Position numbers and translations under genes: made by a program. A stretch of 64,000 bases of DNA from Bacteroidales bacterium (lineage in GTDB: Bacteria > Bacteroidota > Bacteroidia > Bacteroidales > JAIPAP01), in the NCBI GenBank assembly GCA_021740045.1, contig JAIPAP010000002.1, forward strand, positions 13,391 to 77,390. The letters run 5' to 3'. The notes beneath the pieces are model-generated. The model did no database searches and was not told where the DNA came from. It worked only from the letters and a program-made list of their open reading frames with translations. Positions 1 to 10,877 of this stretch are shown in pieces. Within the stretch, counting starts at the first letter, position 1, and each line of letters begins with the position of its first letter.

Positions 1-1448
1 CATTCATGCTGAAAAGATAACCTTCCACCGTTTCCCAGTCACCTATGTTATTAATCCACATGGGGCCTATCTTCCGGAGCTCACTAGCATTGCTGTTTCT
101 GACAAAATTCAGGCGATCATCCAGGATTTCTTCCAGTACCACCAGCATATCCGGGTTTTCGGGAATAATGCGTGTAGATACAAACTGAAAACCTGAAATC
201 AAGCTAATACTCTGAGTGGTATTTATAACATAGCCGTCATTAAGCATGACAGGCAAGGTTTCCAGATCGGTATTCTGAATAATGGTTCCGGGCTCGAAAG
301 CAACATCGGCCTGACCGGTGGTATAATCGAAAATGAGGGTTACAAGTTCACCATCTTCAATGGTTAAACCTTCATTATCGGTTTTTACCAGGTAAACACT
401 TCCCTGTCCGGTATTAACCGACCATCCGCTAAACTGATCAGCATTAAAACCTGCATAACTCAACTTTTCAGTATCGAATGCAATGTTCAGGTTGATGCTT
501 GCCACATCATCATCTGCCAGGTTTGCAGCTATGATGGGTACATTAACGGTAGTACTGTCCATGGAACTAACCTGATCGATGGTCAACTCACGGTTCCCCC
601 CGGGTGTTTCCAGATCGATACTGCCATCGATAAATTCGGTGGCTAAAACCTCGGTTTGGTTGCTCACCAGGCTTCCGGCTTGAAATTCAAGTGGAGCCAG
701 TCCGCCTCCGTTGTATACAAAATCGAGGTTAAGCAAGGTTACCGCTGAAGTGAAATCCTCCGGGCCACCGGTCCATTCCATTTCAATTAAACCATTACCA
801 CCATTTGCAACAAAACCATAGGTATTTTCCGAAATGCCCTGGAAGGTCAATTTATCGGTATCATACGCTATTTTTAAGGAAATTGCACTAACCTCATCAA
901 AGTCCGGGCCCTCGATATCCACCGGCACACTGACTTCACTGCCAACCGGGGCAACTTCGGTGTTAATGCTAACCATTCCGGCAGTGCCGGTTAAGTTGGG
1001 TTCAACCATACCATTTGTATAAGTGGCATCGATGTTAACAAACTCAATAGTGGTTATTTCACACTCCTCGGTCACAAACTCCAGTTCGGCAGGAAAACCC
1101 CCGGCATATTCAAAGTCCAGGGTTGCGAGTAATCCATCGATGTTAACGCCATTCATATTGGTGGCCACAATTATCAACTGATCATTATAGAAATTTGCCG
1201 TAATGGGGGCAAAATCAGGATTCTCAAAACTTAAACCCTGGAATGACAACAGATCGGTTGGGTATTCCACCGTATATGTGATCGCGCCAACATCACCATT
1301 GGCTCCTGTGAAGCCAAGCATATTCAGATCAATTTCTACTCCTCCCGGATCAGCCTCGGTAACAGAGCCTAGCTGAACCTCCTGCCCTTTCATAACAGGT
1401 ATGAAGAGAAGAAACATGATCAACAGTTGTGATATTTTTCTAATCATA
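1..1448 (-). CDS. secreted protein with three tandem cohesin-like modules (partial; 3-prime end lies outside the window)
   Basis: Absent from the ORF track because no stop codon falls in the window. Manual translation from the ATG at 1448-1446 gives a signal peptide MIRKISQLLIMFLLFIPVMKG, and the frame stays open to position 1. It contains three ~125-aa repeats with the cohesin-like pattern (V.VPV...V.A..L.I.YD...L.F.G). The last ~70 aa in the window match the C-terminal repeats of the 38206-40746 protein. Confidence 0.7.
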
Positions 1449-1504
1449 GTATTCATTCTTTATTAGTTATCGATTCGATTGACCATTTATCAAACAGTAT
1501 TGTT

Positions 1505-2554
1505 TCATTCAATTATTAAAGTTTCTGTTGCTTTGATTTGCTTACCGGCAAATAGCTGCAAAATGTAAATGCCCGGTTCCAGCGAATGGACCTCAAGCTG
1601 CTGGGGCTTCTTGGTGATCAAGCAATCCATATTAGCTAACAGCCTTGTTCTGCCCATAGCATCACATATCTGAATTGTTGCATCATTTATCTGATCATTA
1701 AAGGCTATCCAAATCTTTTGTTCAGCAGGATTGGGATACACGCTTATAACATTATTCTTACTACCGGCAGTTGATTCCTGCAATCCGGCAGGATCAACAA
1801 GCAAGGAAGCTTCAGCGGTAATTCCCGAACATGATGCACTGGACAATTTGCAGCGATACTTCGCCTCATTCACCTCCAATATGGAAGTATGGACGGACAG
1901 TTGATGCGTATTGGCCCCATCATATGCGGGATCATCCTGTATGTTTACCCAATTATCCGCCATGAGCATTTGCCACTGAAATGTAGCATTTGCAAAATCA
2001 AAGACTTCAAAATAAGCCACTTCTTCTTCCGGAACTTCCAGGTGATTTGGCTGAGGAATAACCACCGCAGGCACAGTAATACTGCCACCGGTAAAAACCG
2101 CATCATCAACCACACTTAGATCAGCATTTACAATCTCACAATTGCTGCCCATATCCAATACCCCCGTTGTATCTTTCAGCATGAAATGAATGTTGAATAA
2201 TTTTTCATCATTCAAATCCACGGATGAATTCCCCACCCAGTTAATATTCAATGCCGGAGGGTTTTCATAACTGAAATTGCTTACAAGGTTCCCCGATGCC
2301 AGGGATTCATTCACATGATCAAGGCCGGTGTAAGCCAGGTTAGAGGTATCAACCTCGATAAAAAGGGTAAAGGACATGATGTCGTCAAAGTGATGAACCT
2401 TTACAGCTACAGCCACTTCATTGCCCACACATCCGATATGATGATCGATCATCACTTCGGGTTCATTTCCGGCCCGCAGGGAGAATCCCGTTAAAAGCGC
2501 ACCCAGGAGGATGAACAAACTGTATAAAGTGTTATGTGTGGTTTTTGCTGTCAT
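1505..2554 (-). CDS. T9SS cargo protein: cohesin-like module, Ig-like module and C-terminal sorting domain
   Basis: N-terminal signal peptide. Cohesin-like segment (VAVAVKVHHFDDIMSFTLFIEVDTSNLAYTG). Ig-like segment (FQWQ...YRCKL). C-terminus VYPNPAEQKIWIAF...GIYILQL...LIIE is typical of a type A T9SS CTD. Confidence 0.75.
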   Translation of the reverse strand: MTAKTTHNTLYSLFILLGALLTGFSLRAGNEPEVMIDHHIGCVGNEVAVAVKVHHFDDIMSFTLFIEVDTSNLAYTGLDHVNESLASGNLVSNFSYENPPALNINWVGNSSVDLNDEKLFNIHFMLKDTTGVLDMGSNCEIVNADLSVVDDAVFTGGSITVPAVVIPQPNHLEVPEEEVAYFEVFDFANATFQWQMLMADNWVNIQDDPAYDGANTHQLSVHTSILEVNEAKYRCKLSSASCSGITAEASLLVDPAGLQESTAGSKNNVISVYPNPAEQKIWIAFNDQINDATIQICDAMGRTRLLANMDCLITKKPQQLEVHSLEPGIYILQLFAGKQIKATETLIIE

Positions 2555-2604
2555 TTCTATTCAATCAAAATATGAACTGAAAAACGAAATCTGTTTGATT
2601 TTTG

Positions 2605-2640
2605 AAAACTGTTTGGAGCTTTCAAGCTCCAAACAGTTTT
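2605..2640 (-). terminator. hairpin directly after the stop of the 1176-aa gene
   Basis: Near-perfect inverted repeat aaaactgtttggagc / gctccaaacagtttt, 7 nt beyond the stop codon at 2647. Confidence 0.5.
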
Positions 2641-2646
2641 ATGGTC

Positions 2647-5600
2647 TTATTTACTGATTACCATTCGTTTGGTAACAGAATAGTTGGTGTTAGCACCTTC
2701 AAGGATTAATCGATAGTGGTATACACCGGGCTTCATGTTCTCATTGGTCATTTCAAACTCGTGCAAGCCGGAGTTTTGCGTTTCATTCAATAACGTAGTT
2801 ACCTTCTTACCTACCATGTTATAAACCTCGATAAGTACTTTACCGTTTTCAGGAAGGTTATAACTAATGGTAGTTTGATGGGTAAACGGATTGGGGTAGT
2901 TATCAGCTGATAATTCAGCGCCAATCTCGTTATTCAGACCGATGGTCTTGTACTGAACGTTATCGAGTACTTCAGCAGTAGTATTGGCCAGTTCGGCACC
3001 GGCGAGGCTGATGATCTCGGTATTGTTCTTTACGTTGCCAAGAACGCGAGCTTTAAGCACAACAACAGGTTCACCGGCATTGATATAAGCGCCGCGGGTA
3101 TCGAACCAATCGATGTTCACCTTACCATTTTCCTGATCGATGCGGGCAAAGTCATCACCGTAGTTTACTTCGATAACTTCAATCAGTTCATTGTTATATT
3201 CGATGTCCATTGAAATGGCACCAAGCTGTGCAGCCTGACCAAGGGTTACAGGAATTTCAATAACTTCACCTGCATTTACACCTTTATAGCTGTCAACATC
3301 AAGCTGAATGTCCGATTCGGACTTGAATCCGCCGTATTCGGGATCATAGGAAGCATTGATGTCACCTACAGCGCTGTAGTAAATATTCAGATACTGATTA
3401 CCAATCGCTTCGAAGTTGGTCAGATCGGAATAATAGTTATGCTCAAGTGCATTGGTAGTATAAAGGTAGCTACCGTTACGCTTGTCAAATTCGATATCGG
3501 TCAATTCAACGCCAAATACTGAAGCAGCGTTAAAGTCGGTTTCGGCAACCATTATACCGGCTACTTCAAAGTTCGGCTTGTTATTGAAGAAGGTAGCCAT
3601 GTTTCCAACAGCGCGCTGGCTGGTCATTAATGCATCAAGACCTGTTAAGGAAGAGCTGGCATTAACATCACCAAGACCATTGGCAAAGAAACCATATGGA
3701 GGAGTCATACCGGGATCGCCAATCCAGGTCATGTTATAAGGCGGAGCTGAAATATCAATGTTGGCTGCCATAAATTGAATGGCAAGTGCGTCGGTAGCAT
3801 TCACGCCACCCCAGCTATTCCAGTTCCAGGTATAACCCAGCAGCGGATCGATATTGGACTCTTCAAGGAATCCACCGTCCCATACAACAACGCGATACTG
3901 CTCCGAAGGATTCAGGTTATGGCTAAATTCAAAGTATGATTTGTATTCGGTCATTTCCTCATCCCAGTAAATCTCAACCTTATCAGTTTCGATCACGTCG
4001 GCATCGGTATAAGGATTGTCATTAGCCACATCAAAGTTACTGTTCACCAGCGACACCCAGAAATAGTCGGGTACAGTGTTACCGCTAACGTTAGCCGGGT
4101 ATGGTGAAGGAACCGGGCTTTCGGTATCGTTATAATACTTTAACTGACCGTGCAGCAGGTTGGGCATGAGCAGCACATCCTGATCAAAGTCCTTGGTATC
4201 ACAAGTATTTGATACGGTTACCTCAACGGTTCCGGCAGGACCGGCACCCCAGTCAACCACAACTTCTTCCTGGTTGTTCGCGCCGTCGATAGTACCACCG
4301 GTAACGGTCCATAAATAGCTATAGCCGGCAGTTACGGGATCAACTGAATAAACATGTCCGGTTGAATAAGCATTTGCTGTATCGTTTCCGGTAACAGTTG
4401 TTGAAGGGTCGACCATTGGGAACAGGTCAAAGTTGAAATCGGTATCGGTTGAGCAGGTTCCGTTATCTTCGTTCACCGAAAGAGTTCCGGTCATGATTTC
4501 GTAATTAACCATATCGATATCCCATTCAATTTCCACTACGGCAGTTCCTTGTCCGCTAATGATGGCTCCGTTATCAACAGTCCATAAAACTGAATTACCA
4601 CCAATTGGATTAGCCAATTCATAGGTTACTGTTGAACCCTGGCATGCTTCCACCGGATTACCAACCAGTGATTGTGGTGCCGGAGTTTCCTTAAATTGAA
4701 TTTCAACATCATCGGAAACAGGAGGGCAGTTACCGTTTGGTACGGTATACGTAAAAGTATAAACACCATAGGTATCAACTGTTACTTCTGCATTCGGGTC
4801 AAATTGATCGGGGCTCCAGTTGGTTACTGAACCGGGGCCTGTGTAGCTCCATTCACCAGTGCTTGAAGCAGTGGCATCCAGGGTATACACAAAACCACAA
4901 ACATCAGCATCATTTCCTGCATCAACAGTTTCATCTGGAACCACGGTAATGGTAACTTCATCGGAGTTTGTACATCCGTAAGTATCGGTTACTGTTAAGG
5001 TGTAGGTATATTCACCAACACCGGCAGCGCCTGCATCGAATGTCGGCTGGGCCAGGTTGGGATCATTCAGGTAGGTGGCCGGTGACCAGCTATAATCGAT
5101 ACCTGTTCCGGTTCCACCACCGTTGATTTGCGGGGTTTCGCACAAGCCGGCTTCAAAATCGACACCAGCATTAGCTGTGGGCGCCTCGTCAACTTCAATG
5201 GTAATAACATTGGAATAAACGTCGGCACATGTGTTGCTTGCCATTCTTCTGAATTCATGAACACCGGTAGGAAGTGTTGAACCGGAAGCATCATAGCCTA
5301 ACGAAGTAGCTCCGGCAATATCATTCCAACCGCCACCATCAAACTGGGTTTGCCACTGGTAAGTAAAACCTGTTCCGTCGCCACCCGAAGGTGTAACTGT
5401 ATTGGTAATAACCGGACCATTCTCACAAACACCTATGGTTGATGGTGAGTTAGTTGTAACGGTACCGCCGTCAACCTGTTCAAATTTATGAACGGTAACA
5501 ACACCTTCCATTTGTTCGGAACAGCTGTTCTCATTTACTGCAATCACATAGTAAGCTGTTGCAGAAGCTTGCGAATTGTTGTGATTTTCAACGGTAACAC

Positions 5601-6177
5601 CGGTAAACATAAGACTGCTGCCGGTTCCGGCTTCGGTATCCACAACAACATCGTCGGCCAGGCGGCGTAATTCATAATCGGTATTAACCTGTGAATTCGA
5701 CATCGAAATATCAACGCCGGCAGATTCATGGCAATAATAAGCGTTTTCGGCATCATCACCGGGGAAGTTAAAGTTAGTGTACTCAAAAACAAATATACCA
5801 GGTACCTCTTCAACTTCAACAAAGTATTTATCACCAATGGTTGTACCGTAATCATTTGTTGCAGTAGCACGAACCCAACCTTGGGAGCCTTGCGCGAGGG
5901 TATGCCAATTAATAGAAGCATAAGCGTTACCGTCGCCATCGTAACCACTGTTTAGAATAGTTCCTTTGTTGCTCACCTGCCAGGTGTAGTTTGCACCGCT
6001 TTCGGTATTGGTAACCGTATAGGTGGAAACGTCATTTAAACATACTTCCTGTGAACCGCTATAAATAGGCGCGGGCGGAGGATTTTGTGCATTCACTGTA
6101 CTGGCTGACAGAAAAAATAATACCACCAATATTATTGGCGCCATCAGCCCTTTGTTAGTTCTGTAATGTTTGTCCAT
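2647..6177 (-). CDS. large T9SS cargo protein: PKD-like/Ig-like repeats, dockerin-like repeats, cohesin-like module and CTD
   Basis: Signal peptide. Several PKD-like repeats (G..VC.....Y.V.....Y.W.V..G). Dockerin-like segments GGVNATDALAIQ and GDVNASSSLTGLDALMTSQRAVG. Cohesin-like GEVIEIPVTLGQAAQLGAISMDIEYNNELIEV. C-terminal YPNPFTHQTTISYNL...GVYHYRL...MVISK. Confidence 0.85.
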   Translation of the reverse strand: MDKHYRTNKGLMAPIILVVLFFLSASTVNAQNPPPAPIYSGSQEVCLNDVSTYTVTNTESGANYTWQVSNKGTILNSGYDGDGNAYASINWHTLAQGSQGWVRATATNDYGTTIGDKYFVEVEEVPGIFVFEYTNFNFPGDDAENAYYCHESAGVDISMSNSQVNTDYELRRLADDVVVDTEAGTGSSLMFTGVTVENHNNSQASATAYYVIAVNENSCSEQMEGVVTVHKFEQVDGGTVTTNSPSTIGVCENGPVITNTVTPSGGDGTGFTYQWQTQFDGGGWNDIAGATSLGYDASGSTLPTGVHEFRRMASNTCADVYSNVITIEVDEAPTANAGVDFEAGLCETPQINGGGTGTGIDYSWSPATYLNDPNLAQPTFDAGAAGVGEYTYTLTVTDTYGCTNSDEVTITVVPDETVDAGNDADVCGFVYTLDATASSTGEWSYTGPGSVTNWSPDQFDPNAEVTVDTYGVYTFTYTVPNGNCPPVSDDVEIQFKETPAPQSLVGNPVEACQGSTVTYELANPIGGNSVLWTVDNGAIISGQGTAVVEIEWDIDMVNYEIMTGTLSVNEDNGTCSTDTDFNFDLFPMVDPSTTVTGNDTANAYSTGHVYSVDPVTAGYSYLWTVTGGTIDGANNQEEVVVDWGAGPAGTVEVTVSNTCDTKDFDQDVLLMPNLLHGQLKYYNDTESPVPSPYPANVSGNTVPDYFWVSLVNSNFDVANDNPYTDADVIETDKVEIYWDEEMTEYKSYFEFSHNLNPSEQYRVVVWDGGFLEESNIDPLLGYTWNWNSWGGVNATDALAIQFMAANIDISAPPYNMTWIGDPGMTPPYGFFANGLGDVNASSSLTGLDALMTSQRAVGNMATFFNNKPNFEVAGIMVAETDFNAASVFGVELTDIEFDKRNGSYLYTTNALEHNYYSDLTNFEAIGNQYLNIYYSAVGDINASYDPEYGGFKSESDIQLDVDSYKGVNAGEVIEIPVTLGQAAQLGAISMDIEYNNELIEVIEVNYGDDFARIDQENGKVNIDWFDTRGAYINAGEPVVVLKARVLGNVKNNTEIISLAGAELANTTAEVLDNVQYKTIGLNNEIGAELSADNYPNPFTHQTTISYNLPENGKVLIEVYNMVGKKVTTLLNETQNSGLHEFEMTNENMKPGVYHYRLILEGANTNYSVTKRMVISK

Positions 6178-6445
6178 AATGTAAAGATTTAAGTTTTAAT
6201 AATTATTAATTTTCAAGATTTATCCCAATGCTACTTGATTGATTTACTACTTTAGTTGCAGCAGGGGGAGGTTTTCGAAATTTTTTAATCGAGAAAATTC
6301 TACCGGGTAAGCTCTTTGCTAAATATAAGGCATAGCAATGGCTCAAGAATGGAAAGCACTCGGTAAAGAAAGAAATTTAATTAAGAAAAAATGTTAGGAC
6401 AAACATGAATAATGTAACCGGCAAGAAAACAGGTTTCCCACTCTC

Positions 6446-7126
6446 CTACTGCTCTTCTTCCATGTTAATCAAATTGTGGTTCATGGCGTATTTCATCAAC
6501 CCCACAATAGAGCGGGTGCTGGTTTTGGTGAAGATATTTTTGCGATGGGTTTCCACCGTACGCTCACTTATAAAGAGCATATCGGCAATTTGCTCATTGG
6601 TATATTCGCGGGCTATCAGGTTAAGAATTTCGGTTTCACGGGGTGTTAGTTTTACCACATTGGGTTCAATGGTGGTAATGGCATCCTGACTGTTATATAT
6701 ATTACCCATGATAATGGTTTGCACATCACGGCTGAGGTATTTTTCCTTGCGGGCTACTGCACTTATGGCGTCAACTAGTTCATTCATATTGGTGCTTTTG
6801 AGCACATATCCCGAGGCACCGGCTTCGATCATCTTCGATATCAGGGTACTGTCATCATGCATGGTGAGCGCCAATACATATATGTTTGGATAGGCATTCC
6901 TTATTTGATAAGTTAATTCTATGCCCGACATTTTTGGCATGTTGATGTCGGCCAGTACCACATCCACTGCATGTTCGGTTAAAAACTTCAAAGCCTCATT
7001 GCCCGAGGTAACTCCCCCAACAATTTCCACGCGTTCATCCTCGGCAAATAAGGATCGTAAACCATCAATGATCAGTTGGTGATCATCAACGATAAGAAGA
7101 TTTATCGGTAAATTGTGTTCACTCAT
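6446..7126 (-). CDS. NarL/LuxR-family response regulator
   Basis: Receiver domain (LIVDDHQLIIDGL, ADINMPKMSG) plus a LuxR-type HTH (LTPRETEILNLIAREYTNEQIADMLFISERTVETHRKNI). Confidence 0.9.
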   Translation of the reverse strand: MSEHNLPINLLIVDDHQLIIDGLRSLFAEDERVEIVGGVTSGNEALKFLTEHAVDVVLADINMPKMSGIELTYQIRNAYPNIYVLALTMHDDSTLISKMIEAGASGYVLKSTNMNELVDAISAVARKEKYLSRDVQTIIMGNIYNSQDAITTIEPNVVKLTPRETEILNLIAREYTNEQIADMLFISERTVETHRKNIFTKTSTRSIVGLMKYAMNHNLINMEEEQ

Positions 7127-7135
7127 AATCCAATA

Positions 7136-9148
7136 TTAAATAGGCACATTAACAGTTATAATCGTTCCCCGGTTCTCGGCCGAGTCAATATGTACATTTC
7201 CATTTAAATTTTCAACCCTCGAAAAAGTGTTTTGCAACCCCATGCCATCGGTTTCTTTAATATGACGGGTATTAAACCCTTTTCCATTATCCTCGACTAA
7301 AATAGTAATTTCTTTTTCGTTTTTAAACATCTGCAAGCTTATTTCGGTAGCTTCGGCATGGCTGATAATATTATTAAAAATCTCCTGAATAACCCGGTAA
7401 AGCGTGTTCTCAACATATCCCTCCAGCCGTCCGTTAAAGCCGATAGCCTCAAAATGGATCTTGAATTGATTGGATTGTTTAATTCGATCGACCAAATCGC
7501 TTACTGCAGCCACCAATCCCTTGTTTTGCAACATAATGGGGGCCATATTATGGGAGATGCTTCTCAATTCATTAAAGGCATTATCCACCAGGTTGATCAA
7601 ACTGCCCACCCGGTTGCGCTCACGATCATCATTGGGTTCAATTTTCTCATAAAAGCTGCTCATATTCAGCTTTATTAATGAGAGCATTTGTCCCATTCCA
7701 TCATGCAACTCCTCTCCTATTCGTTTGCGTTCATTAATTTCGGCCTCCATCACAGCGCGGGCCCTTTTTTCCTTTTGGTTGATAAGGGCAGCATCCAGCT
7801 TGATCTTTTGCCGGTGCCTGTACTTAAAATACCATAAATACAAGCTAAGCAATCCCAGGGTGAAAATGGCGATAATGGCTATGATCTGTGTCTTACGATT
7901 TTCAAGCTGGATATTCTGTTTATCGATTCGCAGCTGCTGGATTTCGCGCTGCCGGGTTAGCTGGGTAATTTCCTTGGCTTTCTTTTCCGTTTCATAGGCC
8001 AGTTCCAGCTCATAGATCTGGTTAATGCGCTTATCGTTGATCACACTGTCTTTCACGGAAATATAGCGTTTATAAAAATCCAGTGCCTTCTTGTAATTAC
8101 CCTTACGTTCCCAAATCTTCGAGAAATTTTGATAGGCATAATATAAGGTAGGCTTACTGTTGATCCGCTCAGCCATATCTTTTGCCAGGCGATTGTAATA
8201 AAGGGCTTTCCGCAGGTTTCCTTCATCAAGGTACTTTCCTACCTTTATCAAATATGCCGAGGTAACTTCCCTGTTATTGTCAATAATGGTATTAAGGTTA
8301 ATGGTTTTGTTGATATACTCAAGCCCTTTTTCAGTTTCCCCTTTTTCAAGGTAAAGTACACCCATTTCATTATAAGAAATACCAAGCCCATAATAATCCT
8401 TAACCTGTTCCTTAATGCGAATTGACTGTTCAATATATTCAAAAGCTTTATCATTTTCTTCCATTTTATGATAAACCGAGCCGAGGTTTGTTAGGAGGGC
8501 GCCCATTCGCAATGTATCTCCAAATCGCTTATAACTTTTATAGGCCTTTTTAAAATAGTTAACGGCTTTAGGAAAATTCTTCAGCGAAGCATAAAACATC
8601 CCAATGTTATTCTGGGCACTGGTGATTCCTGTTGAATCGCGTGTATATTGAAAAAACTCCAAAGCCGAGAAGCTATAATCGAGGGCCTCCTTGTAGTTTC
8701 CTGTGCGCGAATGGGTCAGGCCAATATTATTTAATATACGGGCCATTAATAAGGTATCGCTCACCCTCCGGCACATTCTTATGGCTTTATGGTAATGGTA
8801 CAACGCACTATCATATCTGCTGTTAACATCATAAACAATTCCCGTGCGATTATGCCCATCTACCAAGCCTTTAATATAATTAAGGTGTTCCGCCAATTTA
8901 ATGGCTTTCTTGCCATATTGTAATGCAGTATCGGATTGGCTATAGGTATAATGCCAGCAAAGTTCATTTAAAACATCAACCAATGCTGTATCTTCGGCCA
9001 CTTGCAAAGCCCTGTGCAAACTATCGGGTTCCTGCCTGGAGAAAGCACTGTTATTGGTTAAAAACACAAAGCATATAATAATAACATTAAGTTTCATAAA
9101 CATCAATGGATAATACCAGATTTTGCGGTGTAAAAGTATAGATTTCAT
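7136..9148 (-). CDS. TPR-repeat sensor histidine kinase (HisKA_3 type)
   Basis: The N-terminal half has TPR-like repeats. One TM helix (IIAIIAIFTLGLLSLYLWYF), then a coiled coil. H-box EELHDGMGQMLS and an ATPase region with VEDNGKGF and GMGLQN. The gene lies 9 nt upstream of the response regulator. The true start may be the internal Met near 9103. Confidence 0.85.
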   Translation of the reverse strand: MKSILLHRKIWYYPLMFMKLNVIIICFVFLTNNSAFSRQEPDSLHRALQVAEDTALVDVLNELCWHYTYSQSDTALQYGKKAIKLAEHLNYIKGLVDGHNRTGIVYDVNSRYDSALYHYHKAIRMCRRVSDTLLMARILNNIGLTHSRTGNYKEALDYSFSALEFFQYTRDSTGITSAQNNIGMFYASLKNFPKAVNYFKKAYKSYKRFGDTLRMGALLTNLGSVYHKMEENDKAFEYIEQSIRIKEQVKDYYGLGISYNEMGVLYLEKGETEKGLEYINKTINLNTIIDNNREVTSAYLIKVGKYLDEGNLRKALYYNRLAKDMAERINSKPTLYYAYQNFSKIWERKGNYKKALDFYKRYISVKDSVINDKRINQIYELELAYETEKKAKEITQLTRQREIQQLRIDKQNIQLENRKTQIIAIIAIFTLGLLSLYLWYFKYRHRQKIKLDAALINQKEKRARAVMEAEINERKRIGEELHDGMGQMLSLIKLNMSSFYEKIEPNDDRERNRVGSLINLVDNAFNELRSISHNMAPIMLQNKGLVAAVSDLVDRIKQSNQFKIHFEAIGFNGRLEGYVENTLYRVIQEIFNNIISHAEATEISLQMFKNEKEITILVEDNGKGFNTRHIKETDGMGLQNTFSRVENLNGNVHIDSAENRGTIITVNVPI

Positions 9149-9329
9149 ATAGCTTGCAGCAAGCTGGAAGGCAGGATTTTAATAAAAATACGTGTTGGCA
9201 CGGAGGAAGTCCCGGGAAAAATACCAGAAATCCCCTATTGCTTCATAATCAATCTGTAACATATTTTTGTCGCTGCACTTTTCCGGATGATCCGGAGGTA
9301 AAAATATCATTAACCAAATCATTAAAATT

Positions 9330-10802
9330 ATGAAGACAAACATTACGAGACTCACAACTTTCATTTTAGGTATTCTGTTTATAGGAATTGCATCAAATAC
9401 CCTGGCGCAGAAGGATTGGCATTTCGAACAAGTAACCGATGATAACATCAGGGATAAGGTATCGGGGCAGGCTTTTAAAGTAGACGCCGATAACAATCTT
9501 CACTTGGTTTTCGAAAAGTTCGGCGAATCATCACACGATATCTATTACACAAAAAGGCCTTGTGGCGAATACTGGACACAGCCCGTTAAAGTTAATGAAG
9601 AAAACACCAATGCATTTAAGCCGGCGCTGGCAGTAGACAGCCAGAACGTACCCTACGTATTTTATGAAATTGAACATCCTGACAGTATCGACCTTCATCT
9701 GGCTCATATGGAAGATAACAATTGGAATTATGAAGTAATAGTGGATCAACCTAAGTTTAATTTAATGCCCTCGATCGACATTGACGATCAGGGTAAAATC
9801 CACCTGGCCTGGATCGGCCCCGATTCTAAAGACTCCATGCGGGTTTGGTACGCCCATAATGATATGGGAATATGGATGATTCAGAAGCTTGGATTTACTA
9901 TCCCCAACAAGATTGGTGATCCGAAAAGCGGCCCCGAATGTAATGGCGCTAACCCCTGCATTCGCGCTAACAGCGAACAAATTGCCCATATTGTATATCG
10001 CGGTGGCGCCCCTGGATTTATGTACATCCATCACGCCTATAATACCATGCCTTTTGGTATGATGTGGGAAGAAGAGATCGTGGAAACCGAAAATCTTAAT
10101 GATTTTTATGGCATGATCGAGATCGATGATGAGGATAACATCCACTTCGCTGCCAGTGGCAACGACGGTGATGGATTCCCTGATTGGGTTTATTATCGCC
10201 AATTCAGCGATGGTAACTGGAGTGAACCCGAGAAGGTAAATAATATTGTGAACGGCCCGCTCACCTCCATGACCCTCGACAAAGAAGGAAATGCACATAT
10301 TACTTATGATGAGCTCGGTGGCTATATACTCATGGGCAATATCGGTTATGCCAACAATATAGGCGGTACATTCTCCGACACCCTTCTGCTGATCGATAGT
10401 CTCTCAATGAGTGGTGTGGTCCAGGTTGATGGTAATATGAATGTTCATGTTGCGCATCATTGGGGAGAAACCAATGATGAAAACGAAATCAGAGTAATAT
10501 CGGATGGCTACTGTGGTGGAACCACCGGCATTGAAGAGCAGGCTATTAAAGAGCAAGGTTTTGCCATTTATCCCAACCCTGCCGATGAATTTGCTACCCT
10601 GCGCTTTAACAGCGAAGCCAGTAATAAAATTGCCGTGCGGGTTTATAACCTTACCGGAAAGCTTGTAAAAGAGCTCAGCTCACAAAAACTGATGCAAAAA
10701 AATACGGTTACCATAGATATAAGCTCATTAACCAAGGGCATTTATATGGTGCAGTTGACTAATGGTGATCAGTCATACACAAATAAGTTATTGGTTAAGT
10801 AG
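9330..10802 (+). CDS. T9SS cargo protein with a beta-propeller-like sevenfold repeat
   Basis: Signal peptide. A short strand motif recurs about seven times (HLVFE, YVFYE, IHLAWIG, AHIVYRG, IHFAASG, AHITYDE, VHVAHHW). C-terminus is IYPNPADEFATLRF...GIYMVQL...LLVK. Confidence 0.8.
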   Translation: MKTNITRLTTFILGILFIGIASNTLAQKDWHFEQVTDDNIRDKVSGQAFKVDADNNLHLVFEKFGESSHDIYYTKRPCGEYWTQPVKVNEENTNAFKPALAVDSQNVPYVFYEIEHPDSIDLHLAHMEDNNWNYEVIVDQPKFNLMPSIDIDDQGKIHLAWIGPDSKDSMRVWYAHNDMGIWMIQKLGFTIPNKIGDPKSGPECNGANPCIRANSEQIAHIVYRGGAPGFMYIHHAYNTMPFGMMWEEEIVETENLNDFYGMIEIDDEDNIHFAASGNDGDGFPDWVYYRQFSDGNWSEPEKVNNIVNGPLTSMTLDKEGNAHITYDELGGYILMGNIGYANNIGGTFSDTLLLIDSLSMSGVVQVDGNMNVHVAHHWGETNDENEIRVISDGYCGGTTGIEEQAIKEQGFAIYPNPADEFATLRFNSEASNKIAVRVYNLTGKLVKELSSQKLMQKNTVTIDISSLTKGIYMVQLTNGDQSYTNKLLVK

Positions 10803-10832
10803 TAATTGGAGTTTACCTTTTTTAAGCAGAAC

Positions 10833-10864
10833 GACCGGGGGTTTTGGAACTCCCGGTCTTTTTT
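10833..10864 (+). terminator. rho-independent terminator
   Basis: Stem gaccggg / cccggtc followed by a T6 run, 30 nt after the stop at 10802. Confidence 0.6.
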
Positions 10865-10877
10865 AAAAGCAAAATCT

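Noticed and set aside
5544-5948. 134-aa same-strand alternative-frame ORF inside the 1176-aa gene
   Set aside because: The main frame is continuous and has a recognisable domain architecture.
9762-10298. 178-aa ORF antisense to the 490-aa T9SS cargo gene
   Set aside because: The plus-strand frame has a signal peptide, an internal repeat structure and a T9SS CTD. The antisense ORF has none of these.
10806-10877. Upstream extension of the 580-aa track ORF
   Set aside because: The extension runs through the terminator hairpin of the preceding gene. The Met at 10878 begins a canonical signal peptide.
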